From an uncultured Planctomycetota bacterium (GTDB lineage: Bacteria; Planctomycetota; Planctomycetia; Gemmatales; Gemmataceae), in contig CAWKHF010000001.1 of the NCBI GenBank assembly GCA_963849325.1, positions 256,001 through 320,000 of the forward strand: a stretch of 64,000 nt of DNA, given 5' to 3'. The position numbers and the translations under genes are program-made. The notes under the pieces are model-generated. The model was given only the letters and a program-made list of their open reading frames with translations, had not been told where the DNA came from and made no database searches. Shown one piece after another: positions 46,730 through 55,918 of this stretch. Positions within the stretch are counted from its first letter, which is position 1, and every line of letters begins with the position of its first letter.

Positions 46730-47852
46730 ATGGCGTCGTACTCGCTGGCAACCCTGTGGTACGAACGGCAGCGCTACCTGCCGGGCGTGCTGGCGGTGGC
46801 GTTCAGCGCCCTGCTCATCGCCTTGCAGTGCGGCCTGCTGCTGGGGTTGTTCTCGATCACGTCCATCCCCATCGACCACACCCGCGCCGACGTGTGGATG
46901 GGCGCTCCGCAGGTGCTGTCCGTCGATCTGGGCCGGCCGATCCGGAGACCGCCCTGGCCCGCATGGGCGTGCAGCCGGAGGTCGAGCGCTGCGAGATCTA
47001 CCTGCAAGGGTTCGCCTTCTGGTCCAAGCCCAGCGGCGGCAACGAGCTGTGCATGGTCATCGGCTCGCGTCTCAGCCCCGACTCGCTGGGCAAGATCGAT
47101 CAGCTGACGCCGGGGCAGTGCGGCCTGCTCGCCGAGGAAGGGACCGTCGTCATCGACGAGTCGGACGTGGACCGGCTGGGCGTCAAGGGCGTCGGCTCGG
47201 TGGCGGAGATCTCCGGTCATCCGGTTCGGGTCGTCGGCCTCACGCACGGACTCAAGAGCCTGGCCGGGCCCTACGTGTTCTGCTCGGTGCCGACGGCCCG
47301 GCAGCGGTTGCCGGTGCAGCCGGGCAGACGACGACCTACGTGCTGGGCCGCTGCCGCAATCCGGAGGACGCCCCGAAGGTGGTCGATCGTCTGCGGCAAT
47401 ACTCGGACGTGTCGGCGTTCACGGCCCGCGAGTTCTCACGGCGGACGCAACTGCACTGGTTGACCAAGACCAAGGCCGGCGTCGCCCTGGGCTACGCCGC
47501 GGCGCTGGGCCTGCTGGTCGGCGCCGTCGTCACCAGTCAGACGCTGTACGCCGCCACGGTGGCGTCGCTGCGCGAGTACGCCGTGCTGCGGGCGCTGGGC
47601 ATTCCGCGCTGGCGCATGGCGTTTATGGTGGTGTCTCAGTCGTTCTGGATTGGTATCATTGGCGTAGTGCTGGCGGTGCCGGCGGTGTACGGCCTGGCCT
47701 GGGCAGCCGACCACTTCATGGGCGTGCAATTGGCCCTGCCCTGGTGGTTGCAGACGGGAGCGGTCGCGGTGACGCTGGTCATGGCCCTGCTGTCGGGCCT
47801 GTTCGCCCTCCGTTCGCTGCGGCTGATCGAGCCGGCCATGCTGTTGCGTTAA
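46730..47852 (+). CDS. ABC exporter permease, FtsX/DevC-like (frameshifted)
   Basis: N-terminal TM, ADVWM, SQTLYAAT...REYAVLRALG, C-terminal TMs. Confidence 0.88.
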
Positions 47853-47875
47853 CGTCCTCGGAGGAACGGCTCGCG

Positions 47876-48616
47876 ATGATTGACGATTCGCTGTCAACGC
47901 CGGCCCTGCAAGGCGTCCACCTGTCGCGCAGCTTCGGCTCGGGCGAGACGAGAACGACCGTCCTGCACGACGTGTCGATCGAGTTGTTCAGCGGCCAGAT
48001 CGCGCTGCTGATGGGGCCGTCCGGCAGCGGCAAATCGACGTTGCTGGCCATCCTGTCGGGCCTGCTGCGGCCCGACGGCGGCCGGGTGCTGGCCCTGGGA
48101 CAGGACCTGTGGGCGATGTCCGACCAGGAACGCGAACGCTTCCGTCTGCGGCACTGCGGCTTCATCTTCCAGGGCTACAACCTGTTCGCCGCCCTGACGG
48201 CCCGGCAGCAGCTGGAGATGGTGGTCCGCTGGGGCGAGGGCGCCACGGCCGGCGATGCCCGCCGCCGTGCCGACGAGATGCTGGCCCTGCTGGGCCTGGC
48301 CAAGAAGTCCCATCTGCGGCCGTCCGAACTGTCCGGCGGCGAGAAGCAGCGCGTGGCCATCGGCCGCGCGCTCATCAAGGACCCGAACTTCTGCTTCGCC
48401 GACGAGCCGACCAGCGCCCTGGATTGGGCGCACGGCGAGCAGGTGATCGAACTGTTGCGCAACGCCGCCCACGACCGCGGCGCCACGGTCCTGGTCGTCG
48501 CCCACGACTCGCGCATCATCGAACACGTGGATCGCGTGGTACACATGGAAGACGGCCGTCTGCGGCGACAGGATGAACGAACGCCGCTCCTGGACAAGGT
48601 AAAGCAGGAGAGGTGA
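47876..48616 (+). CDS. ABC transporter ATP-binding protein (LolD/DevA-like)
   Basis: GPSGSGKST, LSGGEKQRVAIGRAL, ADEPT, VAHD. Confidence 0.95.
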   Translation: MIDDSLSTPALQGVHLSRSFGSGETRTTVLHDVSIELFSGQIALLMGPSGSGKSTLLAILSGLLRPDGGRVLALGQDLWAMSDQERERFRLRHCGFIFQGYNLFAALTARQQLEMVVRWGEGATAGDARRRADEMLALLGLAKKSHLRPSELSGGEKQRVAIGRALIKDPNFCFADEPTSALDWAHGEQVIELLRNAAHDRGATVLVVAHDSRIIEHVDRVVHMEDGRLRRQDERTPLLDKVKQER

Positions 48617-48618
48617 CC

Positions 48619-49781
48619 ATGAACCGGCAAGCCGTGGATTCTCCCTCCGCCCGAAATTCCCGCGAGGTGGACCTCATGGAATCAACCCATCCGTCCGCGC
48701 CGCCGCGGCACTGGCGGATCGCCCTGCCCGTCTCGCTGGGTGTCGTCCTGCTGTTGGCCTCGCTGGTGATCGCGGCCGTCAGTCTGCGTTCCCATGCCCA
48801 CGACAGCGCGTCGCCGTCGGACGCGACGCCGGCCCCGGCGGACAATCAGCGCTGGATGTCGCTGGGCTTGGTGTACGTCGAGGGTGGACTAACGAAGATT
48901 TACCCGCTCCAGCAAGGGCGAATCAAGAGCATCGAGGCCGTCGAGAACGAGCCGGTCGAGGCCGTGCGCCTCTGCTTCACCTGGAGGACACGATGCCGGC
49001 CCTGAAGTTGAGTCAGGCCCGGATCGCTCGGGATGCCGCCCGTGAGAAAGTGGTCGCGGCCGAGGCGAAGGTGCAGCAACTGGAGGAGCAAATCGCCGCC
49101 CAGCAAGAGGCCATCGCGGCCGCGATGGTGGACCTCCGCCGCGCCCGCTTCAATCGAGACCGGGAGAAGCGGTTCGAGAGCGACGTTGGGGGCAAGAGCA
49201 CAAGGGAGAGTTCCCAGACGGTTAAGGATCTCGACTTCCTCGTCGAGAAGGCCGAAGTGGGAGTACGGGCCGAGCAGAAGAAGCTCGCCGCCCTGCAAGC
49301 CGGTCGGGCCGAGGCGGAGTCCGGCGTCAAGCTGTATCGCATGGACGTCGAGGCCAAGAAGATCCAGGAGCGTGAGGCCCAGAAAGGCGTGGACGAGTGC
49401 GTCGTCCGTGCCCCTTACGCCGGCACGCCGCTGCGCGTACACGTCAGTGCCGGCGATGTGCTGGGCGCCAACCCTCATCAGCCGGCCATCGAGTTCGCCC
49501 CGAATCGGCCGCTGCTGGTGCGCGCCGAGGTCGAACAGGAGTTCGTCGGCCGCATCCACAAGGGCCAGGCCGTCACCATCGCCGACCACGTCACCGGCCA
49601 GGAATGCGCGCGCGGCACCGTGGCGAGCATTGCCCGCTGGTACGCCCCACGGCGTTCGTCTTCCTCTCAACTGATGCAGCTGGGCAACGACGTGCGGACC
49701 CTCGAATGCGTCATCAAGATCGACTCCACCGCGCAGGAGCTGCGCATCGGACAGCGCGTTCGCGTCGAGTTCCCGCAGTGA
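48619..49781 (+). CDS. HlyD/DevB-like membrane fusion protein (frameshift near 48960)
   Basis: One TM, coiled coil, VVRAPYAG, VRAEVEQEF, LRIGQRVRV. Confidence 0.88.
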
Positions 49782-49979
49782 TCCCTTCGCCGCCGCGCGA
49801 AGAGTCGTTGTAGGGTTCGATGCGCCCCCACAACGTCGCTCCGCAAAGATCTTCGTCGAAATCCATTCGCCTTCTGTCACATTCCATCGAATCGCGGAAC
49901 AAGAGGGTGAGAAGGCAAGAGGAACGGAAGACGGCTCTTCCGACACCTCTTCCTTCTTTCCCGAACCCCGAGTTCCGCG

Positions 49980-50804
49980 ATGTTGCCGGCCATCGGCTAT
50001 TCCCTGCGTGAAGAGAATCGTCCCTGGATGGACGAAGCCGCCTGGGACGGTGTCGAGATTGACTTTCAGCGTGCCAGCAATCCGCTGCGACGGACGCCGT
50101 ATCTCGAAGGCTCGTCGTTCCGTTATGTCAGCCTGCACACGCTCGATCTCTCGGTCGCCAGCCCGGAACCGCCCGCTCCGGTTTACCTCGACGCCCTCCT
50201 GAGCGTGGCGCGGGAAAACAACGCCGTCGCCATCACCGATCATCTGGGCTTCACGCACGGCAAGCCGGGAGGGGCCAGCATCGGCCACGTCACCGCGCCG
50301 CCCTGCACGCCCGCCGCCCTGGATGCCGTTTGCCGGAACATCGACCACATTCAACGGCATTTCGGCGACGTGGCGTTTTACCTGGAGAACCTGGCTCATT
50401 TCTTTGTGTGGCACGGCTCGATGAGCGAGGCCGACTTTTTCGGCCAGGTGCTGGAGCGAACCGGCTGCGGTCTCCTGCTGGATGTCACCAACGCCTATGC
50501 CAACGCCCGGAACTTCGGACACGACGCGCGAGCGTTCCTTGACGGTGTGGTCCCCCGCGCTGGCCGCATGCAGATGCACCTGGCGGGCGGTTTCACCGAC
50601 GCTCGAACCGGCCGCTACGTGGATAGCCATTCGCAGCCGATCCCCGAGTCCGTGTGGGAGCTGTATCGCCACGCCCTCACGCTGGGACGAGGCAAGGTGG
50701 ACGCGGTTTTCATCGAACGCGACTGGAACGCTCCCGACGAGGCCGGCTGGCGTCAGGAGGTGCGACAAGCTCGGCGGATCGCTCGGGAAGTGGAGGCCTC
50801 GTGA
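49980..50804 (+). CDS. DUF692 family multinuclear non-heme iron oxidative enzyme (MNIO)
   Basis: Iron-ligand motifs in order: SLHTLDLS, TDHLGF, LENL, LLLDVTNAYANARN, HLAGG, VDSH, IERD. Confidence 0.93.
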   Translation: MLPAIGYSLREENRPWMDEAAWDGVEIDFQRASNPLRRTPYLEGSSFRYVSLHTLDLSVASPEPPAPVYLDALLSVARENNAVAITDHLGFTHGKPGGASIGHVTAPPCTPAALDAVCRNIDHIQRHFGDVAFYLENLAHFFVWHGSMSEADFFGQVLERTGCGLLLDVTNAYANARNFGHDARAFLDGVVPRAGRMQMHLAGGFTDARTGRYVDSHSQPIPESVWELYRHALTLGRGKVDAVFIERDWNAPDEAGWRQEVRQARRIAREVEAS

Positions 50805-51535
50805 TGAAAGCTCCCCAAGCGAGCGTGGGTTATCACGAGCAACTCCACGACTGGGTCGAGGCGCTGACGACGGGCGACATCCGCGCGGTGTGCGACGCCC
50901 TGGCCGAAGGAGAAGCCGACGACGTGCGCCGGTTCCTGGACAACAGCGTCGGCGAACGGCGCAAGCTGCTGCGGCAAGAACTGGCCTTGGTGGCCCTGGC
51001 ATTTGATGACTTTGACGACCTTGTTTGTGACTATATGCGAGCGGTGCCGCAGACGGCCTACGATCCCGCTTGCAGCGATCGACAGCGGTTCTTGTGCTGG
51101 CTGCGACGAGTCCGGCCGTTGACGGCCATGCAGGGCGATTTCGTCGCCTACCAGGAAGCGGAGTACGCCGTCGCGGCATTGGCCCGCACGCAGCGTCCGC
51201 GGCACCTGGCCTTTCAGGGGATGGCAACGAAGGCCCGGCAGCAGGCAGCACGGCTCGACGCGGACGTTACCCTGCGGCTCCATCTGAATCCCATCCGGAT
51301 CGGAACGCGCCTGGCCCTGCCCGGCCGCGATTTCGGCGAGGTACTGTTCTTCGCCGCCGGCGACCGCGTGGCGAGCGTCGGGCTGGATTCAAGGATCCGG
51401 GAACTCGTGGACCTGCTCGAACCAGGCCCGCGCACTCTGGAGGAATGCACGAGCCGACTACGTCCCGTCAGCCGGGAGGAGTTGGCAATCCGGTGCCGCG
51501 ACCTCGCCGACAAGGGACTTGTGGCTTTCGCGTGA
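50804..51535 (+). CDS. MNIO partner protein (DUF2063-like N-terminus, C-terminal RRE/winged-helix-like)
   Basis: TGATG overlap with the MNIO gene; FDDLVCDYMRAVP...DRQRFLCWL...DFVAYQEAEYA; C-terminal beta strands followed by ELVDLL..PRTLEE..CRDLADKGLV. Confidence 0.7.
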   Translation: MKAPQASVGYHEQLHDWVEALTTGDIRAVCDALAEGEADDVRRFLDNSVGERRKLLRQELALVALAFDDFDDLVCDYMRAVPQTAYDPACSDRQRFLCWLRRVRPLTAMQGDFVAYQEAEYAVAALARTQRPRHLAFQGMATKARQQAARLDADVTLRLHLNPIRIGTRLALPGRDFGEVLFFAAGDRVASVGLDSRIRELVDLLEPGPRTLEECTSRLRPVSREELAIRCRDLADKGLVAFA

Positions 51536-51694
51536 TCAACCCCGCCGATGTTTTTCGCTCCTCGCGCATCGGGCGGGTTTATCCAAAGAGGAGCACCTGT
51601 CAGACTGTTTTCGCACCCCAGCCGATAAGTAAACCCGCCAACGGTTGGCGGAAGCATTGGCGAACGGTCGGAAACCAACAAAGGAGGACATATC

Positions 51695-51898
51695 ATGTCC
51701 CGTATCGACATCATTCGTGCGTGGAAGGACGAGGCTTATCGGCAGGGTCTGAGCGAGGCCCAGCGCGCCGCCCTGCCGGCCAATCCGGCCGGCATGAGCG
51801 AGTTGACCGAGGCCGAGGCGGCCGCGGTCGAAGGCAAACTCAGCTCCGCCTGTTGCAGCACCTGTCATTGCAGGGCCGCCGTCGTGGCGGTTCGCTAA
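51695..51898 (+). CDS. RiPP precursor with mersacidin/lichenicidin-type class II lanthipeptide leader and Cys/Ser-rich core
   Basis: AAGGAGG RBS; leader DIIRAWKDEAYRQGLSEAQRAALPANPAG..ELTEAE...VEG; core KLSSACCSTCHCRAAVVAVR. Confidence 0.93.
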   Translation: MSRIDIIRAWKDEAYRQGLSEAQRAALPANPAGMSELTEAEAAAVEGKLSSACCSTCHCRAAVVAVR

Positions 51899-51912
51899 AC
51901 CGCCGTTCTCCG

Positions 51913-51950
51913 CGAGCGGGGAGTTGAGGCTCCCCGCTCGTTCGTTTTCC
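51913..51950 (+). terminator. Hairpin with pyrimidine tract after the precursor gene
   Basis: Perfect 11-bp stem CGAGCGGGGAG-TTGAGG-CTCCCCGCTCG, then TTCGTTTT. Confidence 0.7.
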
Positions 51951-51984
51951 CTTTCTCATTCCTGGCTTCCCGAAGAAGGACTCG

Positions 51985-53583
51985 ATGGCCATGAACCCTT
52001 CATCTCCCGAACGCGGTGCCTTTGGGTTCCTGGAAGCGATCGAGCCATTGATCCGCCAGGGACGCCATCGTTTCCGCGACGAAGCGGAGGCGCTGGTCCG
52101 TCGCTATCCCGAGGCGCCCTTCGCCGTCTCCGCGATCGAGGAGACGTTGGCGACATCGCTCGAAGAGCAGCTCTTGACCGTACTCGGGCGCACCATGGTC
52201 CTGGAGCTGCAAGTGGCCCGCTTGCAGGGGTTGCTGTCCGGCGCGACCGCCGCGGAGCGTTTCGACAACTTCCTCTGTCGCTTGCGTCAGCCGGAGGTTG
52301 CCGCCGCTCTGCTCGAAGAATATCCCGTTCTGGCAAATCTGGTGACGCAAGGCATCGACGACTGGACCGCCTTCAGTCTGGAGTTCCTCCGACATCTGTG
52401 CGCGGACTGGCAGGCCATCCGCTCGTCGTTCCGGCCGGACGCCGAGCCTGGTCCGGTGATCGCCGTCGAGTTCGCCGGCGACCGCCACCGTGGCGGTCGA
52501 TCGGTGCTGATCGTGACCTTCCGCTCCGGTTGGCGATTGGTGTACAAGCCCAAGCCCCTGGCCGTCGAAGTGCATTTCCAACGACTGCTGGCCTGGCTCA
52601 ATGCGCACGGCGCTCACCCCGCCTTTCCGATGACGCCCGTCCTGGACCGAGGCGGACACGGCTGGGTCGCCTTCGTCGCCGCCTACGGCTGCAGCACCGA
52701 AGCGGAGATTCAGCGTTTCTACCAGCGGCAGGGCGCCTACCTGGCGCTTCTGTATGGACTGAGGGCAACCGACTTTCACCTGGAGAATGTGATCGCCGCG
52801 GGTGAGCAGCCGGTGCCGGTGGACTTGGAAGCTCTCTTCCATCACGGCCCGGCCGACGCGGCTGGCCAGCTGCACGCCGATTCCGTCCGAGGCGTGCGTT
52901 TTCTGCCGCACCGTAGCCTCGTTGCGGACACCGGCTCGTTCGTCGATTTCAGCTCCCTGGGAGCGACGGCCGGCCAGCTCTCGCCTTACGAGACACCCTG
53001 CTGGGAGGGGATGGGCACCGACGAGATGCGTGTGGTCCCGCGACGAATGGAGATGCCCGCCGCGCGCAATCGGCCGACCCTTCGCGGTCAAGAGATCAAC
53101 CTTTTCGATTATCGAGAAGAGTTGATCCACGGCTTCCAGGCCACGTATCGGATGCTGGAGACGCATCGCGAGGAACTGCTCGACGCGGGCGGCCCCATCG
53201 ACTCCTTTGCCCGGGACGAGGTGCGTTTTCTCGCGCGAACGACGCAGTGTTACGCCTTGCTGCTCCGTCAGAGCTATCATCCGGACTTGCTGCGCGACGG
53301 CCCGGCACGCAGCCGTTTCTTTCGGCAACTCGACCAGCGGGTGGCGCAATCGCCCTGGTTCGCGCGCCTCCGGGACGCCGAGGATGCCGACCTGTTGCGG
53401 CAGGACATTCCGCTGTTCACCACCCGTCCCGCTTCACGCGATCTGTGGACCAGTTCGGGAGAGCGGATCGTCGCGTTCTTCGAGCAAACCGGCGTGGAAC
53501 TGGTGCGCCAGCGTCTGCGACAACTGGGACCAGCGGACCTTCAACAGCAACTCACGATCATCCGGGCAACCTTCGCTCAGTGA
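51985..53583 (+). CDS. LanM-type dehydratase domain (DUF4135) without a LanC cyclase domain
   Basis: EYPVL, GDRHRGGRSV, VYKPK, TDFHLENVIA, VDLEALFH, RFLARTTQCY, HPDLL, QDIPLF; ends at 532 aa with TGA TGA. Confidence 0.92.
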   Translation: MAMNPSSPERGAFGFLEAIEPLIRQGRHRFRDEAEALVRRYPEAPFAVSAIEETLATSLEEQLLTVLGRTMVLELQVARLQGLLSGATAAERFDNFLCRLRQPEVAAALLEEYPVLANLVTQGIDDWTAFSLEFLRHLCADWQAIRSSFRPDAEPGPVIAVEFAGDRHRGGRSVLIVTFRSGWRLVYKPKPLAVEVHFQRLLAWLNAHGAHPAFPMTPVLDRGGHGWVAFVAAYGCSTEAEIQRFYQRQGAYLALLYGLRATDFHLENVIAAGEQPVPVDLEALFHHGPADAAGQLHADSVRGVRFLPHRSLVADTGSFVDFSSLGATAGQLSPYETPCWEGMGTDEMRVVPRRMEMPAARNRPTLRGQEINLFDYREELIHGFQATYRMLETHREELLDAGGPIDSFARDEVRFLARTTQCYALLLRQSYHPDLLRDGPARSRFFRQLDQRVAQSPWFARLRDAEDADLLRQDIPLFTTRPASRDLWTSSGERIVAFFEQTGVELVRQRLRQLGPADLQQQLTIIRATFAQ

Positions 53584-53632
53584 TGACGAGCGGTCCCCGA
53601 TCAGCTTGTCGTTGGGATATCGAGGAACAACC

Positions 53633-55918
53633 ATGTGGCGACGCTACGTATGGGTTCGGCAGAACGATCAGAGCGACTGTGGCGCGGCGTCGCTGGCCAC
53701 GGTCGCTCTGCACTATCGCCGAAGCATTGGACTGGAACAAGTGCGCGACTGGACCGGCACCGATCGCATCGGCGCGACGCTGCTCGGCCTGCTGCGCGGG
53801 GCCGAGAAGCTCGGCTTCGCCAGCAAGGCCGTCAAGGCGCCGTATGAGGCGCTGGCCCATCTGCCTCTGCCGGCCATCGCTCATCTCCGGACGACGGATA
53901 ACAGCGGCCATTTCCTTGTTCTGCACAAAGTAAGCAAGGACGCCGTCGTGGTGGCCGACCCGGCGCGCGGCGTCGAGAAGCGCTCGCGCACCGACTTTTG
54001 CCGCGATTGGACCGGCCATTTGCTGATGCTCGTGCCGCAGACCGATCTGCACGGCCCGCGCGGCCCGACCCCGCTGCCTCCGTGGCGGCGTTTCCTGGGC
54101 CTGCTCCGCTCGCACACCGGCATCCTCACCGAAGCCATCTTCTGCGCCCTGCTCATGACGCTGCTGGGCGTGTCCACGTCCTACTTCGTCCAGCATCTGG
54201 TGGACTCGGTCCTCGTCCGTCACGAGAGACGACTGCTCAACGCCCTGGGCATCGGCATGGTGCTGATCGTGGTGTTCCGCACGCTGTTCGCCCTGTTGCG
54301 GCAGTACCTGCTCGCGCACGTCGCCCGCAAGGTGGACCTCGCCGTCATCGCCGGTTACAGCCGGCATTTGCTCGGCCTGCCCATGCGTTTCTTCGAGTCG
54401 CGTCGCGTCGGCGAGATCCTGTCGCGGGCCATCGACACGGCCAAGGTGCGCGAAGCCATCAGCGGCACCACGACCACCGCCGTGGTAGACGGCGTGCTGG
54501 TGGTGCTGCTGCTGGGCGTGCTGTGGATGTACGACTTCCGGCTGGCCCTGACGGCGACGGCGTTCGTGCCCGTGCTGTTTGTGGCCGCCCTCCTGCTGCA
54601 ACCGGCCACGTTGAAGCAGTCATGGCAGGCCATGGAGAACTGGTCGCAACTGTCGGCCCACCTGATTGAGAACGTCGGCGCCGTGCAGACCATCAAGGCG
54701 TTCGGCGCCGAGCGGGCCCGAGCCGAGGAAGGCGATCGACACCTGGTCGGCTTCGCCCAGGCGAACTTCACCCTCCAGAAATTCGGTCTGAGCATGAACG
54801 CCCTGAGCCTGTTTCTGACGGCCCTGGCCGGCATCATCATCTTGTGGTACGGCGGCAACCGCGTCATGGACGGCGCGCTGACCATTGGCCAGTTGATGTT
54901 CTTTTACTCGCTGCTGGTCTACTTGCTGGAACCGCTGAACCGCCTGGCGGGCGTCAACCTGAAGTTGCAGGAAGCCTTTGTCGCCGTGGATCGGCTCTAT
55001 CAGGTACTCGATCTGGAGCTGGAACAGCCGGACGGAGCGAGCAAAACGACCTTCGCCGGACTACGCGACGGCATCGAGCTGCGCGACGTGACCTTCCGCT
55101 ATGGCAGTCGGACCAACGTGCTGGACCAGATCAACCTGCGCATCCCCGCCGGCAAGACGGTGGCCGTGGTCGGCGAGAGCGGCTCCGGTAAATCCACGCT
55201 TCTGAATCTGCTGATGGGCTTCCACTCGCCGACCGAAGGCGGCATTCTCGTGGACGGCGTCGATCTGCGCGACTTCGACCTGGATTCGTGGCGGGGCCGG
55301 ATGGGATTGGTTTCGCAGGAGCCGTTTATCTTCAATGGCACGGTGCGCAACAACATCGCCCTGGGCCGGCCGGAGGCGAGCGTCGCGGAGGTGATCGAGG
55401 CGGCGCGGGCGGCGGGACTCGCCGAGTTCATCGCCCACCTGCCGCAGCGCTACGACACGCTCATCGGCGAGCGCGGCGCCAACCTGTCCGGCGGTCAGCG
55501 GCAGCGTCTGGCCATCGCCCGCGCGCTGCTGCGGAAACCGGATGTCCTGCTGTTCGATGAGGCCACCAGCCATCTGGACACGGCCACCGAGCAGGCCATT
55601 CAGGAAAACCTGCATACGGTGTTGAGCGGCCGGACGGTGATCCTGGTGGCGCATCGTCTGAGCACGATCAAGGACGCCGACCTCATCTACGTGCTGCACC
55701 AGGGCCGCATCGCCGAGCAGGGCACGCATCGGCAACTGCTAGCCCAGCAAGGACTGTATAGCCGGCTGTGCCGCAAGCAGACCGGCGCGGACGAGGAATC
55801 ATCCAGGGCCGGAGAGAACGGCGTCGCGCCGGTCGAGACCGCGGGCGCGACGCCGCTCTCCCGGATGGACAGTGCGAGAAACGGTAAGACCCCACGGGAG
55901 ACCATTCGTCATGCGTGA
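53633..55918 (+). CDS. Peptidase C39-containing ABC transporter (PCAT/LanT-type)
   Basis: QNDQSDCGAA (Cys), GHFLVL (His), VADPARG (Asp); TM domain; GESGSGKST, LSGGQRQR, FDEATS; GAGGA RBS. Confidence 0.95.
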   Translation: MWRRYVWVRQNDQSDCGAASLATVALHYRRSIGLEQVRDWTGTDRIGATLLGLLRGAEKLGFASKAVKAPYEALAHLPLPAIAHLRTTDNSGHFLVLHKVSKDAVVVADPARGVEKRSRTDFCRDWTGHLLMLVPQTDLHGPRGPTPLPPWRRFLGLLRSHTGILTEAIFCALLMTLLGVSTSYFVQHLVDSVLVRHERRLLNALGIGMVLIVVFRTLFALLRQYLLAHVARKVDLAVIAGYSRHLLGLPMRFFESRRVGEILSRAIDTAKVREAISGTTTTAVVDGVLVVLLLGVLWMYDFRLALTATAFVPVLFVAALLLQPATLKQSWQAMENWSQLSAHLIENVGAVQTIKAFGAERARAEEGDRHLVGFAQANFTLQKFGLSMNALSLFLTALAGIIILWYGGNRVMDGALTIGQLMFFYSLLVYLLEPLNRLAGVNLKLQEAFVAVDRLYQVLDLELEQPDGASKTTFAGLRDGIELRDVTFRYGSRTNVLDQINLRIPAGKTVAVVGESGSGKSTLLNLLMGFHSPTEGGILVDGVDLRDFDLDSWRGRMGLVSQEPFIFNGTVRNNIALGRPEASVAEVIEAARAAGLAEFIAHLPQRYDTLIGERGANLSGGQRQRLAIARALLRKPDVLLFDEATSHLDTATEQAIQENLHTVLSGRTVILVAHRLSTIKDADLIYVLHQGRIAEQGTHRQLLAQQGLYSRLCRKQTGADEESSRAGENGVAPVETAGATPLSRMDSARNGKTPRETIRHA

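Noticed and set aside
51695-53583. Ordinary class II lanthipeptide cluster
   Set aside because: No LanC-type cyclase domain or gene is present, and there is no space for one before the transporter.
53207-53632. 142-aa N-terminal extension of the PCAT, or a dehydratase-PCAT fusion
   Set aside because: It overlaps the dehydratase in another frame; ATG 53633 has an RBS and directly precedes the C39 domain.
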